Part shown: positions 46,980-59,700 of the stretch, in pieces | Layout of the letters: each line of letters starts with the position of its first letter | Numbering within the stretch: the first letter of the stretch is position 1 | Assembly: GCA_001179505.1 (NCBI GenBank) | Contig: CDMY01000091.1 | Location: forward strand, 62,001-126,000 | Length of the DNA stretch: 64,000 nucleotides | Source of the DNA: Vitrella brassicaformis CCMP3155 | Lineage: Eukaryota; Protista; Chromerida | Reading direction: 5' to 3' | Notes under the pieces: model-generated | Databases searched by the model: none | Told to the model about the DNA's origin: nothing | What the model saw: only the letters and a program-made list of their open reading frames with translations | Position numbers and translations under genes: made by a program

Positions 46980-48288
46980 ATGAGGGCCATCTCCATCTGC
47001 GGGCATCGTCCGAGAGGGAGCAACTCGCCGATTTATGGACAGGTGCAGACCCGCCCGTTGGTGTCCTTCATCCAGCCCACGACCTATGCAAACCCACCAG
47101 CGGACTGGGGGCAGGAGGTCGGGATTCTCCGTGACGTGGGAGCCTACTTGGACGTGCTGCGCAGCACCAGCCACACCCACACGGAGCGGCCGGCAGGGGG
47201 AGGGAGGGTGTCTGACGTGGAGTGGAATAAGCGCCACCTCCAGCTGCGGGCATCATTCGATCGGGCGGAGCAGCTCAGCGAGCGCTTCACCCAGCAGCAG
47301 AGGGACGAGTTGAAGGTAATCCGTGGGGCGATGGAGGTACGTCTGTGGCAGGAAGGGCTCACACAAGCAGGAGAAGAAGAAAAGCACGGCGGTTGGTTGC
47401 ATGTGTGTTCGTGTAGGTCCGTTTGAATGCGCTCATGACAGCTCCCCGCCAGCACCAGCCCTGTGTCGCACCACCAGCTCCTGCCGCTGGCCCATCGACA
47501 CGTCAGCCATCCTCACCACACACGCATCAGCACCTGCATGGATGGATGGATGGATGTCTTTGAATGCAGGTGGCCGGCCCGTCAACCCCCCGCCCACCTG
47601 GTACGAGACCACCAATGGTACGCAACTCACGCGCTGCGCACAACACACGCCTCCCATTCGCGTGTGTCGTGCAGAGCCTGCCTCTGAGCAGGTGATCCGC
47701 GTGCTGGCCCATGGCAGGAGGGCAATGCTCGACCGCAGAGCAGACAGAGGGGAGCGCCATGAGCTGTTCGTGGAGTCTCTGCAGCGTGAGATGAGGGATG
47801 CACTGGGCCGGCTGGAAGAGCACAAGTCATCAGGAAAATGCAGGCCGACACCGAGGAGAAAAATGACCAGGCGACACAGACTCAGAAGGTAGGCACATGG
47901 ATAATCTTAACTCTCGCCTCCCCCCACACCTTGAGTGCGGTGCCGTGCCGTAATCCGTCTATCTGCGTGGTGTCTCTTGTTGTGCGCTTGTAACCGCTTC
48001 AGAAATCTGCCGCCGACATGGCCATACAAACCGACGCGGTAAGCACTTTCACACACAAATCCTCCGGCGAGGTGCCTTGGATGAGTTGACTGTCGTGTCT
48101 TGCTCCCTCCCTCCTTCTTTCTCTCTCTCTGTGTGTGTGTGTGTGTGTGTGTCTTGCCATCATAGCAGTCAAAGCCAGGGTTTTTTGCCAAGTTGTACAT
48201 GAGTTTCATGAGTGCGTGCTGCTGGCGCTGCCCGTCCACCCCACTTCAGGAAGATGAGATAGTTGTGCGTGGGGGTGGGCGGGGCTGA
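46980..48288 (+). pseudogene. Family member C (inverted, distant copy) with a frameshifting intron remnant
   Basis: Terminal exons KMQADTEEKNDQATQTQK|KSAADMAIQTDA|QSKPGFFAKLYMSFMSACCWRCPSTPLQEDEIVVRGGGRG* align with member B. The junction at ~47826-47833 has only gtcatcag between exons. Confidence 0.6.
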
Positions 48289-48618
48289 GGGCTTAGGGCT
48301 TCACCCCCTATCCCCACTGAGTGATGTGTGTGTGTCGCTGCGCACTGAAAGTCGGCCTTGCCGTATGGTGCTCGGTCGGAAGGGTCGCCCCGGGTGCTGG
48401 CCGGTGCACCACGCCCCGCCGACGAGTAGGGGCAATGCGACACAAGACATCAATTCAGTGAGGAGAGGCGAGGGAAGGCCCAAGTGATGAAGAGAGAGAC
48501 ACTCGATTGATGCAGAGCAGCGAGCCAAGCGTACGTACGTCTGTGGAAGAGAGAACAGAGACGGATGAAGTCACTGATGTGAAAGATACAAAGAGAGTGT
48601 GCATAGCAGTGAGCCTTT

Positions 48619-48643
48619 CATCGTTGCCTACATTTTATATCTG
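48619..48643 (+). promoter_or_regulatory. Conserved 25-nt 3' element, copy 3
   Basis: catcgttgcctacattttatatctg, ~330 nt downstream of the member C stop. Confidence 0.5.
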
Positions 48644-49038
48644 CTTGTTCTCTGGTGACGGCACCCCTGCATACTGAAAGATGTCAGACACTGGCATATG
48701 CATGTTTCTTGACTGTTTCTTGTTGATAGACGTTGTCAAATTTGCTTGATAACGACCACGATCAGTGTCTGCAATCGAACGCAACACCCTCGTCAGGTAG
48801 CAAAGTCGTAGAAAAGACAATGACCCAGACTCATCAGGGAAGACGACGGACAAAACAGGGCAGGCGTCAAGTCACATGCTTAACCCCTACCACGACTTAA
48901 ACGGGGCTTCTGTCTCCCAGCAGAGACACAAAAAACAGCAATCGTCGATGTCTCCATCTCTATAGAGAATGTCTGCTCACACATGCCAGACATCCAGCAA
49001 TTGACAGACCCCTCCCGCCCTGTCGAGGGTGTTTCACT

Positions 49039-51097
49039 CTATCTCGGGGGAAAGGTATACAGGCTGCATCCAGTTTGCGCGGGCGGCAGAACCGCATACA
49101 CGATCGGAGGGACGAACGCCTCGCCTTCTCTGCAGAGGCGGCAAGTGAGCGGGCAGATATCCCCCACTGTGGTCTCCGAGGGCACGGTTGGCGGGAGGCC
49201 CGGGATGCCAGGGGTGTCGGCAAATCTGGTCAGGAGATCTGCGAGTGTGATGGTGCAGTCCTGCTCAGTCATGAAGTACAGGAAAGAGCAGTCGATCCTC
49301 AAATCTCGTCCCACTTCTTCGACAGCCTTGAGGTCCTCACACACGCCTGACACGAGGCCTCTGTACTCGTCAGGCAGCTCACACTCGATACCTGTGGGGG
49401 CCGGTGAAATCTCGCCAGGAGCTGGAAAAACGAAGAAAGAACACATGCAGGCATGTTCTTGGGGGACGTGGCAGGCCCCCTGCCTTGCCAACTGGCTCAC
49501 CCACCTTGTCTGATGCCGATTGGAGGGCCGACTTGGGATGGGACGAGCTCAAAAGCCTCCGCCTCCGCAGCGGGCACGCAGCTCGGCACTTGTGGGACGC
49601 CGCCGACGACTGTGAGTCCTGCGCCTCCGTCATGCAAGCGGCCGCCACTGAGACATGTCAGTGTGATCTGCTCGATGGTCGAGTAGCCCAGGAACCGCAG
49701 CGAGGAGTCTGGGCATTTTATGGTGTAGGTCTCGCCGGTCTTGATGAAGCGGCTGACGGGAGTGACACCTCTTCGTACCGACGTTGGAATGTCCGGCGCC
49801 TCGCAGTCACCCTGGCAGTCGCCGTCGTCAAAGTTGCACGACGCCACGTTGCACGGCGCTTCACAGTTGAGGTTCCTCCGCTCCCACAACTCGCAGCCCG
49901 GCGCGCACTCTGAACGAGCCAATGAGGCACATGTTGGTCATGTGTAAGCACGCCATGCGAACGAACCTTCACACAAGCCGCAGCTCGCTCGGCACCCGTC
50001 CCTCACGCGCGCCTCTGGCGGGACGTCGTCGGGGAAGGGCTGATTGAGGCGTTGTGCCAGATCGAAGAAGAACTCGTCGCATGTTGCCGCGAAGAGGATA
50101 AACCTGCAATCGAAGCCGCCGGACAGGCGGGCAATGTTCGGATCGTCCTCGCAGGTTGCGCCAGCTGGACGGAAGCGACAGATATGTAAGGCACCGTATG
50201 ATGTATGCAGACTTGATGGGCCCGGCCCGATTCAACTTGCTCTAATGACTGACGTACGGCATTTGAATTGGTTGCAGACTCTTCGCTCTTTGAGACTTGA
50301 GGGGCAGGGCCGGCCACCCGTGGCTGGCACCTACATATGTTAACACATACACACACGGGCGGTTTGCAAGGAGAGAAGCCAGCCAACTCGAGTCGCCAGC
50401 TCGCTTTGCCTCTTCCTTCCCCCCCTCTTTAGATTGCCCGTCCGTCCTTTGTTTGACCTACCTGTACTTGTCGCGTCCGTATCTGCTGCCCATAAGTGCC
50501 ACTCTCGAAGCAGCTGGCCGAGCATTCACTCCACTCCGTCCAAGCAGACACCACGCAATCGCCACGAGCTGAAACGAGAGAGAGAAGAGAAACCAACACG
50601 TACTTATCTTCTTGGGGGACGTGGCAGGCCCCCTCCCTTGCCAACTGGCTCACCCACCTTGTCTGATGCCAATTGGAGGGCCGACTTGAGATGAGGCGAG
50701 CTCGTTCTGCTCGCATGCCGCCGCCTCCTGGGGCCTTCCGCATGGGCTTGTGTTGCAAGCAACTGTTTCATCGAGTGGTGGGCACGCAAAGTCACCAGCA
50801 CATGGAGGTGTCTGATGAAGAAGAATGTCAGTTAATAGCAGATAAAACGTCAAGAGAGGGAATTTGATAACATGGTGCTACCGTTGCGGTCCGCGCTCTG
50901 GTCTTGATGCCCCCTCCACAGGATTTGGTGCAGGAGGTCCAGTCGCTCCAGGCGGACACGACACAATCCGAGATAGAGCAATCGCTCGCTGAGGGCGCGA
51001 CCGGAGGAAGGGGGATGAAGTCGCCTTCATTGCCTTGGGCGCTCGAAAGGGCCACGATGGACAAGAATATCGCTGCGCGACGAAGAATGCGCTGCAT
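49039..51097 (-). CDS. Secreted adhesin-like protein: 2x thrombospondin type-1 + LNR (Notch-like) + further Cys-rich modules
   Basis: Signal peptide MQRILRRAAIFLSIVALSSAQG; DCVVSAWSDWTSCTKSCGGGIKTRAR; DCVVSAWTEWSECSASC..QIRTR; CAPGCELWERRNLNCEAPCNVASCNFDDGDC. No TM seen. Confidence 0.88.
49456..49550. repeat. ~95-bp intragenic duplication (second copy 50609-50703) covering an exon end and intron start
   Basis: Both copies encode ..SQVGPPIGIRQG followed by the same donor and intron start (gtgggtgagccagttggcaagg..). Confidence 0.92.
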
Positions 51098-51738
51098 TTT
51101 GGGGCCACCGCCGAGGCGCAGGGAGAGGGATTTGAGGGGCTGATGGCCCAACCAACAACGGTCCTTCTGTGCCTTTTGCTCTTCTCTGTGAGAAGCCCCA
51201 CTCAAAGGGAGGGAGGGAACTAAAGGAAATATTTCGGTCGAATTATTGTAGATCGACGATCGGTGGTCGGTTCTTTGCCAGGTCGGTTGCAGAACGTGGC
51301 TTAGAGAGTCGATGAAGGAACAGCGTCTCGAGGGATTCATTCATTCATTCAACCTTGTTCATGTTTGTCGCATGATTGAGGGTTGGTCGATGTTGACGCA
51401 GTTCATGAGTTACATTCATTGATTGATTGATTCATTCATTCATTCACAGTGAGAGTGCGAGTGCACCTTCCAGGAAGGGTCGGTCAGCCAATGCATAGAG
51501 AGAACATTCACTCTAGCCACACACCGAAGGTACTGCCTGCAGGCAAGTCCGGTGGCCCATCCAACGAAGTGTCGGAACGTTGTGCACACACATTACCCGA
51601 GAGCATTGTCTGCCGTTAGTACATATGCAGCGACGAACACACTTGCTCATCTCATCCATCTGGTCAGGTGTGCGCAACATCGCACAAAAGCCTAGACGAC
51701 GCCATCTACACGCTTCTGCCTCACCACAGATGGCTGCC

Positions 51739-54700
51739 TCATTGATCCCCATCACACCCCCACAAAGCGACACACTCAGCCACCGCTCTCCCTTTCCCTT
51801 CGCCGTCGTCATGCTCTATCGGCAGCAGCATCGGCATGGTCGCCATATCCGTCTCGCGAGCCCTTCGCCCTCCCTCCGGTCCTCCCTGCAGCCATCGCCT
51901 CTGCAGCATCTCTGGCGGGAGCTTGATGCTGATCTCACGAGGGTCCAAGGCGGACTGCGAAGGCATCTCCCTACTCTGCAGCATGGAATGATACCGGCCG
52001 ACGATGGTCTTGACGTCGGGCAGCATGTCGACTCTCGTCGTGGGGGGTCCGAGGGGTGGCGATGGCGGGGGGAGGGGATAGTCGCTCGGCGATGCAGAGA
52101 GTGTCTCCACCTGGCTCGGACGGTTGCTGGCGCTGGGGGACGACCGACGGCTCAGAAGGGCGAGAGGTGGCGAGGGGTGGGCGGTTGACGAGCTGCTGGT
52201 GGTCGTGGTGGTCGTGGTGGACAGTCTCGTGGCGTGCCGCTTGGACGACGGCAGCGCTTCTGTAGTGCGATGGGAGGCCCTCGCCTTGCCGTTGAAGAGG
52301 AGAGGGGGCAGCGACAAACTCAGCGCTTGAACGAGAGGAATCTCGTGCCCACAATCACCACTGTCACCACATGCGTCCTCCCTCCTGACAGCCGCAGACG
52401 CGCCGAAGACTCTCGGCTGATGGTGCTGCTGGTCGTTGTCCTTTGCTGTGGCTGTGAGGACGCTCGCCGGGTGGAACGGGGGAGGGGAAGGGGGGCCGGC
52501 GGCAGACTCGTCACCGTCACAGACAGAGAGACATTTGGCCCGGGGGAGTGGATGGGGCAGGGCTGGCAGCACCGGCAAGGAAGGAAACGCCTGCCAGTGC
52601 TCGTGACTCAAGGTGGCCGACCAGTGGTACCTGAAAACCAAATAAAGGAGGAGCTGAACCGCTCTTTGATTTCTGCGTCTGTGCTGTTTTCACCCTTTAA
52701 GGGCTCCCACGATTGCGCTGCGCCACTCCGACGCGCCAGACACCTTGTCTAACGGCTCCTGCATGCAACACATCAGAGCCGCAGTAACGTGCATCACGTG
52801 TGTCTGCATTCCCATCGATGTTCTTACGTGATTGCCCCTCAGTGTCGGTCCCGCCAGCTGTGGATACTCGTACTTAAGCTGCGCCTGGTAGAAATGTTCC
52901 AGCCCCCTCACTGCCCTCGACGCATCCGTGCCCTCCGCCCCAGTCCACATGAGAGCGCGACGCTCCCTCGCGGCGTCGTCTGGCGGGTCGCCAGTCGGCA
53001 TTGGGCTTGGGGCGTCCTCCAAGATGGAGAAGGGCGGGATGAGCTCGATGGATGGGTGTGCGGGCGGGGTCGGGAGGAGGGGGGCTGGGCCTGGCTATGC
53101 AAAGAACGGCACATGAGAGGGGTCATGGGGAAAAAGGCCTGCCTGTGATGCCCACCTGGCTTGACGATGTGTCTGAAGGGGTCTTGTCTGAATGAGACAT
53201 CACCCGGCTGTTGCGTGGTGGTGCCACCGCCGCCACTGTCAGATGCCACCTGGTGCTGGAATGGCACGATGTGGCAGACGTCGCTCATGCGCTCCTGGAG
53301 GAAGACCGCCAGCTTGGTGAAGCCCAGAGACTGAAAATGGAGGTTCTCGCCGTGCTTCAACCGATACAGCTCACGCACCTGCGACAGACACACGCCTGCA
53401 GTGCAGGCAGGATACAGGAGACAAAAAGCAAGCGGCCAATGGGCAATGGTGTCCATCTATCTGCATGCCGACTTGCCTCTCGGATGCGTCTCCAGCATCT
53501 CCGCGAGTTTCCTCTTGATCTGCGCCACACGCAAGGCCTCCCCACTCATGCCGGGATGCAGCATGAGGCTGCCACCCACACACGCATCGTCGCTCTCCGC
53601 TCTGAACGGCGGCGTGACGCTGGGCTGCGGTGGATGGTTGCTGCTCTTGAGGAGCTCGGTCTGGAAACGCTGATTGGCGCGGGCCCACAGAGCTCTGGTG
53701 AGTGGGCTGCAGGCCACCAGGGGCTTGATGCAGTTGTTGTCGTAACTGAGACAGGAAGAAAAGACCGTGCTTACATGCAAGAGAGGTGGTGGTCCATGTG
53801 AATGTGTTGAGTTGCCCACCCTGCCAGGTTGAGGTCGAGGGTGAGCTGGATCAGCTGACACAGCCGCCCTAACGTCAAGCCACGCAATAATGGAGGACCT
53901 GAGCAACACATCAACATGTGGAAGCCAGCCTTTTTCCCTGCTCCGGGTGTGTTGTATTGCCTGATCGTTTGATCTCGCTGGCCATGAGGAATCGCCCGCC
54001 CCCAAAGCCGCCCAGTGCCCCCATGCCGATCCCCGCACCTGACATAGACACACATCGCCAGCCCACTCGCCCACCCCGCATCCTACCGTCTTGTGTCTCA
54101 CTCACCGAGAGTGCCCTGCCCTCTGGCGATCTGGTTGGCGGCCACGCGCATCTTGTCTAGGATGTACAGCAGCAGCACGCCAAAGTACCCACAGCTATAG
54201 TCATATGGAATGACCGATCCGCTCGGATCGATAAACCCCTCAAAGCCCTCGGGCGTTTGCTGCAGATAGATGTGCGCATCCCTCCCGTGCGAACCCCCCC
54301 CACCCCCTCCCGCTCCCCCACTGCCAGACGCCCTTGTGTTGGGCGAGGAATCATCGCCGTGGCTGCTGCTGCTGCTGCTGCCGACCTGCGACACCTGGAA
54401 GACATCTGGCGTCTGGCTGCACAGATCCAAGAAGTGCTGATGCAGGTACCCGCAGCAACACACACTGGTGGTGGTGCGCTGCCCGCCCTCCTCAGCCCCC
54501 CGGCCCCCCTTGTCCGACCGATGATGCCGCATGCGCTCCAGCCGCCTCCTGACCTCGCTGCTCAGCGGGCGGATCTGCTGTGCATACAGCTCACGCACAA
54601 GGGACTGGAGGATGCTGATGTGGTCCTGGCGCGAGAAGCCGCACGAGCAGTAGGACGCCCGAAACACAGTCGCGTTGGTGAATACAGTGGCATGGGGTGC

Positions 54701-55189
54701 GGCTCCTTCCTTGGGCTTGAAAGGGGGAGGGGGCGGCCACTGAGTAGTGCGGCCATGTCCATGGCTGTGCGTGCGGCCCCGTCCTTTGCTGTTGAATGTG
54801 GTGTGCCGTGGAGGGGGCAGCGGGCCGCGGTGGCCATTCGTCACGCCGGGGCTGCCGGAGTGATCTCTCCTCTCCCATCCATTCGGGCCGTCGTCTCGGC
54901 CGGCAGCAGGCACCATGAACGGTGGTGCATTCTCGTGCTGCCGCTCACTGTAGGGGAAGAAGTGGTATGGCGGCGCATCTAATGGACTCAGATCGCCCTC
55001 GTCCGTCCAGAAGGGGACCGTTGGCTGCTGCTGCTGCTGACGTCCTGAGCTGAAGCCGTCATAGCTTGAATGAGGGCTGTCGGCGGCCTGCGATGGATAA
55101 AAATGAGCAGAATCGATGAAGGGATCGGAATAAGCCGAGTAGGCATCCCCATAGAACGGTGGCGCATGCCAAGAGCCGCTCTGCATCAT
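51739..55189 (-). CDS. OST-HTH-associated (OHA) + LOTUS/OST-HTH domain protein
   Basis: ILQSLVRELYAQQIRP..EVRRRL, GFEGFIDP, GGRFLMASEIKR..LRGLTLGRLCQLIQL..LSYDNNCIKP (OHA-like); VRELYRLKHGENLHFQSLGFTKLAVFLQERMSDVC (LOTUS: Y..hG..L.f..LGF.KL..FL); long low-complexity ends. Confidence 0.82.
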
Positions 55190-55368
55190 CAGCCAGCCGT
55201 CACCGCCAAGTTACACCATAACAGTCGCTCCAAAACACCATCTTGTGTCGCATTATTTGGCTATAGAGGCATCCCACATGCCGTCGGAATACGCCGCTGG
55301 CCAACCGAATCCCCGTGTTTACATATGCATCGTGCGAGCTTGCAGCAAAGGCTTTGGTGAAAGTCAGA

Positions 55369-56488
55369 ATGTTGCCTCGGCCTCCAGATGATGAGGATGA
55401 ATGGGATCCGACCAAGACGGAGACGAAAGGCAGCGCTCAGGGCACCAAGGGAGGCGTGATGCGGGTGGACCTGGCGTCAGGCAACATTCGCTTGCAGCCG
55501 CACTTCAACCCCTGGCAACGTAGGCACGAAAACGAGATGCCCAGACAGACAGACAGGCGAATCGTTCGTTCTCGGCTGGCCTTCTTGTGGTTTGTTGCTG
55601 CTTCCATCAGCTTCTGAGGAGGCGCCGATACAGGGAGGAGTGAGGGATGATACCAGAGAGGCAGCACGGCATGCGTCATGTGTGTGGTGTGATGGATGGC
55701 CTGCTGCAGGATGAGCTCTATGACCCTGATGCCGATGACGAAGACGCCACTTGGGTCCAGACACACCTACGTAAGCACAGGAAGCACCCGCACCAACAAT
55801 CGTGATGGATGCCCTCACTCGGCCACGTTTTCTTCTTTCCTTTCACTCAGGTCATGGCATCCCCCGCACGTCCGACGAGCCACCGCCTGACGATGAGCCG
55901 CCAGATGCTAACCAAGAAGCGCAAGAAGAAGAGGCCGAGAGGCAGGACAATGCCATGGCGGAAGATGAGAATGGTGACCGTGACGAGACGATGGCGTCAG
56001 TGTTCGAGGAGCATCGCGAGAGGCTGCCATGGAAGCTGGCGCAGAAGGCGCGGAGGGAGGCGGCGTCCGCGTCGGATGGAGTGCTCAACTGCATGGGATG
56101 CTTCACGCCTCTGTGCTACCAGTCGCAGCGGTGATCCATACACACACAACGACGGCAACACACACACACACACACACACACATGAATTCAATGAGTGTGG
56201 AGATCTCCCCCTCCCTTGCTGTGTCTTGTGTTGTGTTGGTGCAGGCACGAGAAATATGCCCATCAGTATCGCGCCATCGAGGCCGTTCACTGCCGCATCG
56301 ACCCCTCCCACATTCTCAACCCTGCATCTCTCACACTCAAGCCACGTGCCCCGCCCGGCCACCCCGACAGCGGGCAGGAGGACGACCCGGTGAGTCCTGT
56401 GTTCTGCGCCGAGTGTGGGACGCTGGTCGGTGCGCACGATGACGAGGGCATCTACCATTTTTTCCAAGTCATCGCCAGCGATGGATGA
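55369..56488 (+). CDS. EAPP: E2F-associated phosphoprotein-like (Eapp_C zinc-binding domain)
   Basis: DELYDPDADDEDATWV, SDGVLNCMGCFTPLCYQSQRHEKYAHQYRA, PVFCAECGTLVGAHDDEGIYHFFQVIAS. Confidence 0.92.
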
Positions 56489-56779
56489 CGGATGATATAT
56501 ATGGTTGGCGGCGTCAGCGTCGTCTGCCTGCTGGTGGGGCCTGTATGTGTAATGGGTGGGTGGGTGTATTCTTGTCTGTCTGTCTGTGGTGTCACTCTTG
56601 AGTGTAGGCATGTGAAGGACAAGTCAGTCACTGTCTGTCTGTGTGTGTGTGTCGATCCATGTGGATATTTATTGCATGTGTGTGTCAACAAGTACCATCC
56701 ATTCATCTGGAATACTACAAAGGGTCGGTCCTGTCCTCCCATCACACGCGAAATACCACTCGTCACATCCATCATTCCA

Positions 56780-59700
56780 TCATTCGTCCCTCAGTGCCGT
56801 CTCACACATCGATGAAGACAAGGCAGAGGCGTGGTTGTCCTCTAGCGACCGCCGGATGGCCTCCTCAATCTGCTCCTGCTCTGTCTGGGGCACAGCAGGG
56901 GGATGCTCACGATGATGATGATGGGGTGGGGTCGGAGCCACCCACCCAGCAGGTGGGGGTGGCACCTGGCGGGGGCTCGGTGGGAACCAGTCGTCAACGT
57001 ACTCATCGCCCTCCCCTTCCCCTTGCTCATCCTCTTGCCGTGGCTGCATATCGGGGCGGCCATTGGCTGCCCTCTCTCCCCCCTCCCAGTCATCGAACCA
57101 GCCGTCTGTCGTGGCGCTGAGCGGCTCCTCGTCACTTGTGAGAGGCCCACGAGAGAAGGCCGATAGCTCTGAGCCGATAGCGGCCCTGACAAAGGCCAGC
57201 TGCTCCCGCATCAGCCGTGCCTCACGAGAGCCAACGTGCGGACCCATCGACACACACGGGGAGGGGGCGAAGAAGGCGGGCGAGAAGGCTTGTGCTGGCT
57301 GAGCTGTTGGCTGCACTGCCGGCTGGTGGCTGATGCCGCGCCGCTTGGCGTAGTCGGTGTACCTGTTCTTGAGGCGGATGAGCTCCTCGGGGAAGACCAT
57401 CCATGGGAAAGACAGAAAGTCGCGAACAGGCGTCTCGGAGTCGTCATCGAGGCCCATTCCCCTGGACACAGGCAGGATCAGGATGCCGATCGTCTGTCTG
57501 CCTGTGTGTGCTGTGCGCATGAGTGGCTTACAGCTGGGCCAGGACAGATAAGTCTTGCCGCGTGACGACGTAGGCGGCTGATGCTCGCGCGAGGCGAAGG
57601 TCCACAACAGTGTCGTCACCTGCATTGGCTGAGGTGACTGGAGCGGCCAGCTGCTGCTGCATGGACTCGCGCAGGATGGTCAGCTCCACTGACAGCTGAC
57701 AATGGAATACACGGATAGACGAGTGTGTGTGCTGTGTGCCTGTCCGTGTGTCGACTTCACTGCTGACCTTGGTGGCAGCATCCCGTTCTCTGGCGGTGGG
57801 CTCCTCTTGCCACAGAGCGACGCACCCCATACACGCCTGCAAACCAGCGCATCATCGCACGTGCGAACCGGCCGGGAAGGTCGGATGGTGCGTCAGTCAC
57901 CTCAGCTTCTTTCGCCACGCCATACTTCCGCATCAAACACGACAGCTGCGGGCGGCACAAACACGCACGCTGCACTTGGATGGATGATGTCGGGTCCCTC
58001 TCCTCTGCTCTGCATGCACCTGGTGGTTCCACATGTCGCGGTGCCTTCTCATGTCGTCCTGGTGCCTCTCATAGTCGCGATGCACCAGCTGCCAGTCCAC
58101 AGCAGGGGGCAGCGGCTTGTCCCTCGGCCACACCCAGGCAGCGTCGCCGTCATTGTCAGTCTCGGGCTCATCCTCCGGGCCGATGGTGCTGACGCCGCTG
58201 CTTCCAACGGCGGCCCCCTCGCTGTCGCCATTGTAGGTGGTCTCCTCCGGTGTGTCTACACCACCATACACACACACACACAAGGATGGCGGGTTTTCTG
58301 TGTGTATGGGTCTATCTCTCACCGGTCTGTTGGCTCATGCTTACAATGGCACCAACGGTCTCCGCTTCCACTGCCGATGTTGTTGCCACGGCCTTCTCGC
58401 CAACACCCTCCCCCTTGATGTGCCCGTACGACGGCACCAGAGTGCGGCGAGCAGCCGCCAGCCGCGCCAAGGGGCGGCGGATGAAGAAGTCGATCGGGTG
58501 ACCAGTGGTGCTGGTGCTGGTGCAGCTGAGTGTGGGGCTGGAGAGGCACGCGAGCGTGGCGGCGTGGGTGCTGACCTCCATCTCGTAGGTCACCGAGGGA
58601 CGGGTGAGGGAATCGCCAAGAGGGCTGCACGAGCACAGAGAGACCACAGACAGACAGACGACAGACATGAAGGGGGTCTGTGTCAGCGGCTTTCTATCTC
58701 TTTCTGCGTACTTTTCGCCTCCGATGGGACGTTCCTCGATCCACACGATCTCTCCGGTGAGATGGTGCGTCTGGGCCCAGAAGCTATATAGACGGGCAAC
58801 GAGCTCATCCTGCACACACATGACATGGGGAGTCGTTTCCTGCACCACATTGGTCTCCGTGTGGATGCATCGGGCCGTAGAGGACCATGTCAGCGGTGCA
58901 GTTGAGGACCTCCACTCTGCGCGGCTTGCGGAAAAACTGCTCCAGGTGGCCAGCGCCCTCTCCTAAACACACAACACATCCATTCACGAAATGAGAGCTT
59001 TTCGTGTGTGGCGGGGCGGGGCGGGGCTTGCTCACGGAATCCTGGTGCGCTGATTTCTGCTGCAGGGCTGAGTGTGTTCTTGTTGGCCTCAAAGGCAGCA
59101 CGGAAGCCCTCGGCATCACCCACCGTCTGCAGAACCACACACACACACACACACCCGTGCCCATACAGACGGACAATTTCTGTGAGCTGGGCTGACCAGG
59201 AAGATGATGTCGATGGGCGAGCAGCACGTGTGTGTGTCTGGTGGGCGGATGAGCACGTCCACGTAGCTGCTGTTGCTCTCCTTGAGCATGGCCATCAGGC
59301 TGCCGAAGGCCGCCACGAAGCTCCTGCTGTGGTTGTGCAGCTGAGGGTTCTCACAGGGGGTCAGCTCAGCCGCTGCAGAGCACACACATGAAACACAGAG
59401 ATAGGAAGAAGCCGATGGCCGACTGTGTGTGTGGTCTCACCGATGTTGGTCACTCTGAGGATTCTGTCCGTCTTGGGCTCTGGCATTGGGAAGGCCTTAT
59501 CGGCTGCTGTCGAGCGCCCCTCCACACACCTGCGGTATGCCGTAATCCAGGGATCCTCCTCTGCACACACACACACACACACAAGGAGAGAGAGAGAGAA
59601 GGCAACCACACTCATCCATATGTGTGGATTGTCCAGGACTCACCCCAGCTGACGGCAACGGCGATCTGCTGCCCGCGGTAAGTGAGAAATACCTCCGGCC

